Of a DNA stretch of 64,000 nucleotides, positions 10,150 to 19,016 are shown piece after piece. This DNA is from Myxococcota bacterium (lineage in GTDB: Bacteria; Myxococcota_A; UBA796; SXON01), in assembly GCA_040386535.1 (NCBI GenBank), contig JAZKFH010000015.1:284800-348799 (forward strand), written 5' to 3'. Under the pieces are notes generated by a model. The model made no database searches. It saw only the letters and a list, made by a program, of their open reading frames with translations, and was not told where the DNA came from. Position numbers and translations under genes: made by a program. Positions within the stretch are counted from its first letter, which is position 1. Each line of letters starts with the position of its first letter.

Positions 10150-12603
10150 ATGTCCTCCGGCCCCCCCTCCGTGTTGCGCCCGGGCCGTGACTACGGCCTC
10201 ATCGTCGCCGCCACCTTCGCCTTCGCGCTCATGGCGGTGTTCACGCGCGGCGCGGCCGCCCCGATCCTCACGGTGGCGGCGTGGCGGGCGGTGTTCGTCG
10301 CGGTCGTCTTCGCGGTGTGGACGCTCGTGGCTGGCGGCGTACGGAGCGGCGCGGGTGCCGCCTCTCTCGTGCCGGACCGCGCCACGCTCAAGCTCGGCGT
10401 GCTCTACGGCGTCGCGCTCGCCGTCGCGTCGTCCACCTTCGTCGGCGGCTACGCGCTCACGACGGTCGCCAACACGATCTTCTTCCACAGCCTCTCGCCG
10501 CTCGCGGTGTTCCCGCTCGCGTGGTGGCTGTTCAAGGAGCAGCCGTCGCCCCGCGCGCTGGCGGGCACGGGCATCGCGGTGTTCGGCGTGGCGCTGCTCT
10601 CCGGCGCGTCGATCTTCCGGTTCACGCACTACGCCGACCCCCGCTTCCTCGCGGGGGACGTGCTCGCGTTCATCTCGGCCCTCGGGTACGGCGCGGTCCT
10701 CGTCGCCACACGCGCCGCCCGCACCCGCGAGGCGCCGATCCTGCCGCTCCTGACGGTGGCGTGGTCGGTCGCCGCGGTCCTGCTCTGCCTCGTGGCCCTC
10801 GTGTTCGGCACCCTCGCCATGCCGCTCTCGGCGGTGCCCTGGGTGCTCGGCCTCGCGGTCATCTGCACGAACATCCCGTTCTACCTGCTCAACGTCGCGA
10901 TGCGGCAGGTGCCCGCGGGCATGACCTCGCTGCTCTCGATGGCCGAGGTCGTGTTCGCCACGCTCCTCGGGCTCGCCATCTACGGCGAGTCGCTCGCGCC
11001 CATCGGGTTCATGGGCGGCGCGCTCATCGCGCTCGGCATCGCCTACCCGTTCTTCTCGGGCGGCGACACCGAGGACGCCTCGCCGGTCGGCGCCCTCCAG
11101 GAGGCCACGCAGCCCATCCGGTGGGCGCGTCTCGGCCTGCGCCTGCTCCTCTTCAACGTCGGCGCCGGCCTCGTGCTCGTCACGGGGGACGACGTGGGTG
11201 CGCTCCTCGCGTGGATCGCGCTCGTGTCGGTGGTGCGCCTCGGGCGCGCGCCGGCCGCCGAGCTCGTGTCGGGCCGCGCCGGGCGGGCGGTCCGCTGGGT
11301 CGTGGCGGGGCTCGCAGGCGCGGTGGTGTTCGGGCTCGCGGTGCGCGGGGGGTGGGACCTGTCCGCGTCGCATGTGCCGAGCGTCGGGGGCGCGATCCTC
11401 GCCGTGATCGTGTGGCTGCTCGACCGCGCGCTCGTCCCCCGCGAGGACCTCGCCGACCTCGACACCGACCCGCTCGCCTCCGCGGCTCTCCTCGTCGGCG
11501 CCGTGGGAATCGGCCTCTCCGCGGTCGCCCACCCCATGGGCCCGTGGATGCTCCGCGCCAGCGCGCTCCTCGTCGCGCTCGCGGCCCTCGCCGTGTTCGT
11601 GGCGGCGCTCCGCGACACCGATCCGCGCGGGATGCGCGGGCTCGACACCCTTCCCGCGTGGTTCGCCCAGCCGCGCCGCCTCGTGCTCATCGCCATCGTC
11701 GTGCTCGCCACGGGTGGCCTCCGCGTGGTCCCCGCCGGGCACGTCGCCGTGATCGAGCGCTTCGGCGCGCCGCTCCCCGAGCCCGCCCCCGCCGGGCTGC
11801 TCCTGCGGTTCCCGCCCCCCATCGAGACCATCACCCTGGTCGACGTCGCGTCCGTCCGCGCCATCGAGCTCACGGGCGCCGACACGTCGCTGCTCACCGG
11901 CGACCAGTCCCTGGTGACCGCGCAGGTGACCCTCTACTACACCGTGTCCGGGCCGCTCGCGTACGCCCTGCGCGCCCACGAGCCCGAAGCCGCCCTGCGC
12001 GCGCTCGGCCGTGGCGCCGTCGCCGCGAGCGTGGCGCGCCTCCCGCTCGACAGCGTGCTCACCACCGGGCGGCGCGAGGTCGAGGAGCGGGTCGCCGTCG
12101 CGACGCAGGCCGGCGCCGATCGGGTGGGCCTCGGCCTCCGCGTGCAGGCGGTCCAGCTCTCCAAGGTGGCCGTGCCGCCGTCGGTGCAGGCCGCGTTCCT
12201 CGACGTCATCTCCGCCGAGGAGCACAAGCGCGGGCTCGTCAACAGCGCCGAGGCGTACGCCGCGCAGGTCGTGCCGAAGGCGCGGGGCGACGCCGCCGCC
12301 GTCATCGAGCACGCCGCGGGAGACGCGGCGGGGCGCACCGCGGATGCCGAGGGCGAGGCCGCCTGGATCGCCGGGGTGAGCGCTGGCGGCGCGGCCTCCC
12401 CCAAGCTCACGCGCACGCGGCTCTGGCGCGAGCGGGTCGCCGCGGCGCTCGACGGTACGCCGCTGGTGCTCGTGCCGCGCTCGATCCGCGTGTGGCTGGG
12501 CGGCGAGCCGGCCGCTCCCCGCGCCGCGCCTCCCAAGCCCGCCGCCTCGAAGGCCGGCGCCCGCCCCGCCACCAAGCCCGAACCCGGAGCGTCCCATGGG
12601 TAG
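10150..12603 (+). CDS. EamA/DMT transporter fused through extra TM helices to an HflK-like SPFH domain
   Basis: About 300 aa with 10 TM EamA pattern (TTVANTIFF, TSLLSMAEVVFATLLG..GE), more TMs, then VIERFG, LLTGDQSLV, VPPSVQAAFLDV..AEAYAAQVVPKARG. Confidence 0.85.
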   Translation: MSSGPPSVLRPGRDYGLIVAATFAFALMAVFTRGAAAPILTVAAWRAVFVAVVFAVWTLVAGGVRSGAGAASLVPDRATLKLGVLYGVALAVASSTFVGGYALTTVANTIFFHSLSPLAVFPLAWWLFKEQPSPRALAGTGIAVFGVALLSGASIFRFTHYADPRFLAGDVLAFISALGYGAVLVATRAARTREAPILPLLTVAWSVAAVLLCLVALVFGTLAMPLSAVPWVLGLAVICTNIPFYLLNVAMRQVPAGMTSLLSMAEVVFATLLGLAIYGESLAPIGFMGGALIALGIAYPFFSGGDTEDASPVGALQEATQPIRWARLGLRLLLFNVGAGLVLVTGDDVGALLAWIALVSVVRLGRAPAAELVSGRAGRAVRWVVAGLAGAVVFGLAVRGGWDLSASHVPSVGGAILAVIVWLLDRALVPREDLADLDTDPLASAALLVGAVGIGLSAVAHPMGPWMLRASALLVALAALAVFVAALRDTDPRGMRGLDTLPAWFAQPRRLVLIAIVVLATGGLRVVPAGHVAVIERFGAPLPEPAPAGLLLRFPPPIETITLVDVASVRAIELTGADTSLLTGDQSLVTAQVTLYYTVSGPLAYALRAHEPEAALRALGRGAVAASVARLPLDSVLTTGRREVEERVAVATQAGADRVGLGLRVQAVQLSKVAVPPSVQAAFLDVISAEEHKRGLVNSAEAYAAQVVPKARGDAAAVIEHAAGDAAGRTADAEGEAAWIAGVSAGGAASPKLTRTRLWRERVAAALDGTPLVLVPRSIRVWLGGEPAAPRAAPPKPAASKAGARPATKPEPGASHG

Positions 12604-13465
12604 CCTTCGTCTGGCCGCCATCGGCCTCGTCCCGCTCGTGCTGGCCGGCGCCTCCGTGTTCACGCTGGATGCGCGCGAGGTGGCCGTGGTCACCTCCTTC
12701 GGCGCCCCGGTGCGCACGCTCGTCGAGCCCGGCCTCTACGTGCGCGCCCCGTGGCCGCTCCACGAGGTCGTGCGGTTCGACGCGCGCGCGCGCGTGCTCG
12801 AGGTCGCCCCGACCGAGCTGTTGACCGCCGACAAGAAGAACCTCGTCGTCGAGGCGTTCGCCATCTGGCGCGTGGCCGATCCGCAGCGCTTCCTCGAGGC
12901 CGTCGGCAGCCCCGCCGCCGCCGAGGCGCAGCTGGGCGACCTCGTGACCAGCCGGGTCGCCGCCGCCATCGGCAAGGTCGAGCTCAACGACGTGCTGACC
13001 ATCGACGCCTCCACGGGTGACCTGCTCCCCGGCACCGTCCGCACCGATGTCGCCGCCACCGCGTCGGAACGTTTCGGCGTCGAGGTGCTCGACGTGCGGC
13101 TCCGCCACGTGGGCCTGCCCCTCCAGAACGAACAGTCCATCTACGAGCGCATGCGCGCCGAGCGGCTCCGCATCGCGAACGCCTACCGCTCCGAGGGCGA
13201 GGAGCAGGCCACCACCATCCGCGCCAAGGCCGACCGCGAGGCCGCCGAGATCCTCGCCAACGCCGAGCGCGAGGCCGCCTTCGTGAACGCCAAGGCCGCA
13301 GAGGACGCGGCGCGGCGCTACGCCGAGGCCTACCGGGCCGATCCCGCGCTCTACGAGCTGCTCGGGGCGCTGGAGAGCTACGAGAAGGTCGTACGGAGCG
13401 ACACCGTCCTCATCCTCCCCTCGGACGGCGGCTTCTTCGAGGCGCTCGACCGGGGGCCGCCGTGA
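12596..13465 (+). CDS. hflC: HflC-like SPFH protein
   Basis: LLTADKKNLVV..WRVADP, SIYERMRAERLRIANAYRSEGEEQA, YAEAYRADP. Confidence 0.9.
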   Translation: MGSLRLAAIGLVPLVLAGASVFTLDAREVAVVTSFGAPVRTLVEPGLYVRAPWPLHEVVRFDARARVLEVAPTELLTADKKNLVVEAFAIWRVADPQRFLEAVGSPAAAEAQLGDLVTSRVAAAIGKVELNDVLTIDASTGDLLPGTVRTDVAATASERFGVEVLDVRLRHVGLPLQNEQSIYERMRAERLRIANAYRSEGEEQATTIRAKADREAAEILANAEREAAFVNAKAAEDAARRYAEAYRADPALYELLGALESYEKVVRSDTVLILPSDGGFFEALDRGPP

Positions 13466-14319
13466 TCGCCGGGCCGATGGTCCAGCGCGCCGGCACCGTC
13501 GCCGCCGCGATCGTGGGGCTGGTCGTGCTCGCGTCGAGCGTGATGATGGTCGATCCCGCCGAGGTCGCCGTCGTCTACCGCTTCGGCGCGGTCGACCGCG
13601 TGGTCGGCGCCGGCCTCGGCTTCCGCCTCCCCCTGATCGAGCGCGCCGAGCGCATCCGCGTCACCGAGGTGCGCCGCGTCGAGCTGCCCCGCCGCCGCCT
13701 GCTCACCGAGGACACGAACCTCGTCGAGCTCGAGATCGTCGCGCAGTTCAGCGTCGCCGATCCCGTGCTCTTCGCGCTCGTGCACGCCGACCCCGAGAAG
13801 GTCGTCGCGGCCGAGGTCGAGTCGGCGCTCAACGCGCGCGTGGCCGATGTCGCGGTCGACGCGTTGCTCACCACCGGCCGCGCCGAGCTCCAGCAGGCGA
13901 TCATGGACGCCGCCCAGAAGTCCCTCGACGCGCTCGCCACCGGCGTGCGCCTCGTCGCGGTCGACGTGCGCGATCTGGTGCCCCCCGCCGCGGTCGTGAA
14001 CGCGTTCAACGACGTGTCGAGCGCCAAGGGCGACCAGGAGACCATGCGGCTCGCGGCGGACTCCTACGCCTCCAAGGTGCTCCCCGAGGTGCGCGGCCGC
14101 GCGGCGCAGCTCGAGCAGGAGGCCCTCTCCGGCGCCGCCGAGCAGAGCGCCCGTGCCGACGGCGACATCGCCCGCTTCTCCGCGCTCCTCCCCGCGTGGC
14201 GCAGCGATCCGACGGCCACGCGCATCCAGCTCCGCGACGAGCTCTGGGCCGACATCGGCACGCGCGCGCAGGTGATGGTGGTGCCGCCGGGGTCGGAAGT
14301 GACGCTGCCGTCGAAGTAG
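13462..14319 (+). CDS. hflK: HflK-like SPFH protein
   Basis: VVYRFG, LLTEDTNLVE, PPAAVVNAFNDV..ADSYASKVLPEVRG; GTGA overlap with hflC. Confidence 0.85.
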   Translation: MIAGPMVQRAGTVAAAIVGLVVLASSVMMVDPAEVAVVYRFGAVDRVVGAGLGFRLPLIERAERIRVTEVRRVELPRRRLLTEDTNLVELEIVAQFSVADPVLFALVHADPEKVVAAEVESALNARVADVAVDALLTTGRAELQQAIMDAAQKSLDALATGVRLVAVDVRDLVPPAAVVNAFNDVSSAKGDQETMRLAADSYASKVLPEVRGRAAQLEQEALSGAAEQSARADGDIARFSALLPAWRSDPTATRIQLRDELWADIGTRAQVMVVPPGSEVTLPSK

Positions 14320-14344
14320 GAGGGATGTTCCCGAGGGCGCGGCG

Positions 14345-15277
14345 TCAGCGCGTCCAGGGCCGCTCGATCTCGATCCGCCCCACGCCGATGCGCAGCTGGC
14401 CCGTGCTCGATCGCCGCTCGATCAGCGCCGCTCCGAGCGCGCCCGGGGCGCGGTCCAACACCTTGCGCGCGCGGAACACGAGCAGGTTCAGCTGTGGGAG
14501 GTCGATGCGCAACGCCGCCATGAGCTCGTCCCGGTAGATCCATCCCTGCTCGCTCTCCGGGGAGCCCTCGTCCTCCAGGCGGCGGCGCGCCAGCACCAGC
14601 AGCAGCTCGTTGTGCGCACGCGCGCCGAGGGACACCCGCTCGGCGCCCTGCTCGAACCAGAGCTCCACGTGCTCCTCGTCGAGGCTCACCACGAAGCGCA
14701 GGCAGGGCGGCGCCTCCTGCTGCGCGACCCGCGCGTCCACCGTGCCGACCGTCGGTCCGGGGAGGACCAGCCGCCACGCGCGCCCGTCGACGACCACGAT
14801 GTCGCGATCCTCGACGTGCTGGACCCCGTCGGGCAGCTCGGCGATCCAGAACCCGACCCCGTCGGGGCCCGCCCCGTGCGCGTAGATCGTCGCGATCGGA
14901 TCCTGCTCGGACGGCAGCGCCAACACGCTGCCGATGGCCACCCGCACCTCGCCTCCCACCACGGCGCACGCGGCCAGCGACGGCGGAGCATCCTCCTCGA
15001 GCACCCAGGGATCATCCTGGGATGCGAAGTGAATGCGCGCGCCGCGCTCGAGCCTACGCTCCTGGCCGGGCGCGAGTTGGTCGCCGCCCACCCAGGTGCC
15101 GTTGCGGCTGCCCAGGTCCCGCACCCACCACGCGCCCTCCACCCACACGATGCACGCGTGCTCGCCCGACACCGCCGCGCGTTCCAATTGCAGGTCGGCC
15201 GCGGGCGAACGCCCGATGAGCGTGCGGGTCCGCAGCAGGATCCGTCGGCCCGCAACCACGTTTTCGAGGATCGCCAT
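14345..15277 (-). CDS. FHA-domain protein with C-terminal winged-helix-like domain
   Basis: FHA motifs IGRS..VSGEHA..RDLGSRNGTWV; C-terminal GWIYRDEL..FRARK..LIERR; paralog of 21411..22286. Confidence 0.9.
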   Translation of the reverse strand: MAILENVVAGRRILLRTRTLIGRSPAADLQLERAAVSGEHACIVWVEGAWWVRDLGSRNGTWVGGDQLAPGQERRLERGARIHFASQDDPWVLEEDAPPSLAACAVVGGEVRVAIGSVLALPSEQDPIATIYAHGAGPDGVGFWIAELPDGVQHVEDRDIVVVDGRAWRLVLPGPTVGTVDARVAQQEAPPCLRFVVSLDEEHVELWFEQGAERVSLGARAHNELLLVLARRRLEDEGSPESEQGWIYRDELMAALRIDLPQLNLLVFRARKVLDRAPGALGAALIERRSSTGQLRIGVGRIEIERPWTR

Positions 15278-15371
15278 CGGGCGCGCTTAGCCGAAGGGGT
15301 CTTGCGCCGCCACAGGTCGGGTTGTCGCCATCCGGCTGCGCAGGCGCGCGCCACCGTGTACCGTCCGCCGC

Positions 15372-18300
15372 ATGGATACCTCTGCCTTTGCCGGACAGGA
15401 TCGCTTCGAGCCAATATCGTTGTTGGGCAGTGGCGAGTTTGGCCTGGTCTACGCGGTCACCGACCACTTGCGGCAGGAGTTGGTCGCCGCGAAGGTGCTA
15501 CGTCGCGTCGAGCCCGGCGCGCTGGCCCGCTTCAAGCAGGAGTTCCGGGCCCTGGCGGACATCCGCCATCCAAACCTCGTGCGGGTGATGGAGCTGCACG
15601 CGGCGCCCAACGGCGCCTGGTTCTTCACGATGGAGCGCGTGTCGGGCGAGGACCCGCTCACGTGGCTCAAGCGCCCCCAATACGCGGGCGGCGCGGTGCT
15701 CACGTACGAACCCGCGAGCCTGCCCGAAACCAACTCCCAACCCGACAGCTACGACGCGGGGCCCCCGAACCCTCCGCCCACGTTGAACGAGCTCGATCCG
15801 CACGCGGTCCGCGCGGTGTTCCACCAGCTCGTGACCGGGATCGGCGCGCTCCACGCGGCCGGCTTCATGCACCGCGATCTGAAGCCGTCCAACGTGCTCG
15901 TTCAGCCGGATGGACGGGTCATCGTGCTCGACTTCGGCGTGGCACGCAGTCTCGAAGACGACCGCTCCCGGTACTCCACCGCCGGCACGCCGCGGTACAT
16001 GGCGCCCGAGCGGTGGCGCGGCCAGCCCCATGGCCCCGCGTCGGATTGGTACGCCCTCGGCGTGATGTTGCACGAGGTGTTGTACGGCGCCGCGCCCTGC
16101 CAGACGGACGCCGCGCTCCCGGATCTCCCGCCGACCGCCCACGCCGGACTGCGGGCGATTTGTGCGCGGCTCCTCGCGCCGTCGGCGGCGGACCGGCCCT
16201 CCCACCTGGAGCTGCTCGCGGCCTTCGCCGCCGAGGTCGTGCCAGAGGCGCCGAGGCGGATGCCGGCCCGCTTGTTCGTCGGCCGCCTCGCCGAGCGTCA
16301 GCAGCTCGTGGACGCGATGACCCAGGCGCGCGCGGGCGCCCGTCGCACCCGGATGGTCCTCGGGCCGAGCGGCGTAGGGAAGTCCACGCTCGTGCGGCGC
16401 GCGTTGCGCGATTTGCGTGCCGAGGGTCCCGTCGTCGCCCTCGCCGGGCGCTGCCACGAGCACGAGACGCTCCCGTTCAAGGCGCTCGACGGCGTGATCG
16501 ACGCGCTCGCCCGGCACCTCGACAGCTTGCCGGCGGACGCGGCGCGCGCGGTCCTCCCTCGCCACACCCAGGAGCTCGCGCAGGTCTTCCCCGCCCTGCG
16601 CCAGGTGCCCGCCGTCAGCGCGTGGCCCGCCACCCGTCTCGTGGAGGAGCCGATCGAGGTGCGCCGTCGCGCGTTCCGGGCGCTCGCGGACCTGCTCGGG
16701 AGCCTGAACGACCGCGCGCCGGTGGTGTTGTTCATCGACGACCTCCAGTGGGGGGACGAGGCCTCGGCCCACCTGCTCATCGACGTGCTCAGCGGCCTGG
16801 ACGCGCCAGCCGTGCTGGTCATCGGCGCCTGCCGGACAGACGAGCGCCAGGACAGCCCGTTCATGCGCGTCTGGGACGCCTGGACCGCGGATGACCCCCG
16901 CGCACACGGGGACGTGGAGGTCGGGCGGTTGACCTCGGACGAGTCGCTCGCGCTCAGCCGGCACCTCCTCGGCGACGAGGGCAACGACGGGGACGCGTGG
17001 GCGTCGACGGTCGCGGCGGAGTCCGTGGGGAGCCCGATGCTCGTCGAGGAGCTCGTGCGGGCGGGCCGCGACGGGGCGCCCGCGGGCCTCAAGGAGGTGA
17101 TCGGACGCCGCCTGGACGCCCTCTCCTCCGCGCACCTCGAGGTGCTCTACGCCGTGGCGACGGCGCAACGCCCACTGCTGCGCGAGCTCCTGTGGGACGC
17201 GACCGACCTCGGCGACACCGCTTGGGCCGTGGTGGACGACCTTGTCGACGCGCGGCTCCTCCTGCGCCGCCCGATCGGAGGGCGGCCCGCGCTCGAGGTC
17301 CGGCACGACCGCTACCGTGAGGTGGTGGCAGCGCGCCTGGCGCCGGAAGAGGCACGCCGCGTTCAACGCGCGCTCGCCGACGCGGGCGCCCGGCAGGGCG
17401 CGGAGGCCGATTGGGTGGCTGCTCGTTACGAGATGGCCGGCTGCGTCGAACAGGCGCTCCCGCACGCCCGACGCGCCGCGGAGGAGGCCCTGGCGTCGCT
17501 GTCCCTGGAGCGCGCCGCCGAGCTGTTCGCCCAGGCGCTACGGTGCACACCCCCGGGGGACGTGACCCGGGGGCCGCTCCTCGAAGCGCAGGCCAACGCG
17601 CTCGCCCTGGTCGGGCGGTCCGCGGAGGCGAGCCTGCTCTACCTGGACGCCGCCGAGGTGCACCCGGACCCGCTACGAATGCGGTACAAGGCGTCGATCC
17701 AGCAGATGTTCTGTGGACAGACCGAGGCGGGTGTCACCCAGCTGCGCGGCGTGTCCGAGGCCCTCGGCGTGGGGTGGCCCCGGCGGCCCTGGCAGGCCGC
17801 GGCGGGGATGGTGTGGACGAGCTTCCGGATGCTCGGCTGGCGCGCGCCCGCGCCCGCCCTGACCGGTCCGGCCGAGCTCCCACCCACCGGGGTCAGCCCG
17901 GTCGAGCTGTGTTGGGAGGCCTGTCAGGCGCTCTCCTCGTCCGATTGGATCCGCGGGGCGTGGTTTGCAGCCCAGGGGGCCCACCACGCGATGCGTTCGG
18001 GCGATCCTGTGCGAATCGCCCGCTCGATGGCCTGGCTCGGGTCGCAGGTCCAACCTTTCTCCTCCCGCCAGAGCGAGCGCGCGCTCGAACTCGCGAAGCG
18101 CATCGCCACCACGCACCCGCACCCCGAGCTCCTCGCGGTCATCGACATCGTCGAGGCCACGCGCTGGCTCACGAGCGGCGAGTTCGCCCCGGCGGCGCCC
18201 CTCTTCGACCGCTGCATCGAGCGGCTCCAGACCTGCGAAGGGTCGGCGTGGCTCGGGATGCTCGCGCGCAGCCTGCAAGGCGAGACCCTCATCCACCTCG

Positions 18301-19016
18301 GAGAGCTGCCACGCCTCCGCCTGCTCATCGACAGCGCCCAACATCGGTACTGGGAGCTCGGCAACCTGCACGGCGCGCAGGTCGTGCGGCTGCAGGAGGC
18401 CGTCCTGCGCATGTCGGACGACCAGCCCGATCGCGCGCACGTCCTGCTCGAGCGGGTCGACCAGGAGAACACGAAGGAAGGCTTCTTCTACCTCCACTAC
18501 GGGCAGATGGAGAACGCGGCGCGGCTGTCACTCTACCAGGGTGACCTGGAGGGGGCCGCGCGGGGCCTCATGGAGCGTTGGCCGCGCATGATGGCCTCGG
18601 GCATCGCGTGGGTGCCGTCCGTCGCCAGCCGCGCGTGGTCGGTGCGCGGCAACATCGAAGCGGCGCGCCTCGCGGCGTCGCATGGCACCGATGCCAGCGC
18701 GCGCGCTGTCGTGCGGGAAGCGCTCTCCAAGTTGGCGCGCACGTCCGCCCCGGTGGCCGTCGCCGAGCACCGTCAGCTCTCGGGGGCGCTCGCCGCGGCG
18801 GAGGGGCGCCGCGCCGACGCCGTCAGGCTCGCCACCGAGGCCGCGGCGTGCTTCCGGGGGAACCACCAGCACCTCCGCGCGGCGATCGCGGCGCGGGGGG
18901 CCGCGATCGTGGGCGAGGGGGACACGGACGCGGCGGCCCGCGCCGTCGCGGCGCTCGCGATCAGCGCGCCGGCGGCGTGGTCCCGGGCCTTCTCCCCCGC
19001 GTTCGAAGCGCGCTGA
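15372..19016 (+). CDS. Ser/Thr protein kinase - AAA(STAND-like) ATPase - helical repeat protein
   Basis: GSGEFG, AAK, HRDLKPSN, DFG, GTPRYMAPE; Walker A GPSGVGKS; Walker B LFIDDLQW; TPR-like C-terminal half. Confidence 0.95.
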   Translation: MDTSAFAGQDRFEPISLLGSGEFGLVYAVTDHLRQELVAAKVLRRVEPGALARFKQEFRALADIRHPNLVRVMELHAAPNGAWFFTMERVSGEDPLTWLKRPQYAGGAVLTYEPASLPETNSQPDSYDAGPPNPPPTLNELDPHAVRAVFHQLVTGIGALHAAGFMHRDLKPSNVLVQPDGRVIVLDFGVARSLEDDRSRYSTAGTPRYMAPERWRGQPHGPASDWYALGVMLHEVLYGAAPCQTDAALPDLPPTAHAGLRAICARLLAPSAADRPSHLELLAAFAAEVVPEAPRRMPARLFVGRLAERQQLVDAMTQARAGARRTRMVLGPSGVGKSTLVRRALRDLRAEGPVVALAGRCHEHETLPFKALDGVIDALARHLDSLPADAARAVLPRHTQELAQVFPALRQVPAVSAWPATRLVEEPIEVRRRAFRALADLLGSLNDRAPVVLFIDDLQWGDEASAHLLIDVLSGLDAPAVLVIGACRTDERQDSPFMRVWDAWTADDPRAHGDVEVGRLTSDESLALSRHLLGDEGNDGDAWASTVAAESVGSPMLVEELVRAGRDGAPAGLKEVIGRRLDALSSAHLEVLYAVATAQRPLLRELLWDATDLGDTAWAVVDDLVDARLLLRRPIGGRPALEVRHDRYREVVAARLAPEEARRVQRALADAGARQGAEADWVAARYEMAGCVEQALPHARRAAEEALASLSLERAAELFAQALRCTPPGDVTRGPLLEAQANALALVGRSAEASLLYLDAAEVHPDPLRMRYKASIQQMFCGQTEAGVTQLRGVSEALGVGWPRRPWQAAAGMVWTSFRMLGWRAPAPALTGPAELPPTGVSPVELCWEACQALSSSDWIRGAWFAAQGAHHAMRSGDPVRIARSMAWLGSQVQPFSSRQSERALELAKRIATTHPHPELLAVIDIVEATRWLTSGEFAPAAPLFDRCIERLQTCEGSAWLGMLARSLQGETLIHLGELPRLRLLIDSAQHRYWELGNLHGAQVVRLQEAVLRMSDDQPDRAHVLLERVDQENTKEGFFYLHYGQMENAARLSLYQGDLEGAARGLMERWPRMMASGIAWVPSVASRAWSVRGNIEAARLAASHGTDASARAVVREALSKLARTSAPVAVAEHRQLSGALAAAEGRRADAVRLATEAAACFRGNHQHLRAAIAARGAAIVGEGDTDAAARAVAALAISAPAAWSRAFSPAFEAR

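Noticed and set aside
8791..12717. 1308-aa minus-strand ORF and similar long ORFs (3178..5358, 23955..26882, 28543..30525, 54418..57117)
   Set aside because: Shadow frames antisense to well-supported genes in high-GC DNA, with no recognisable motifs
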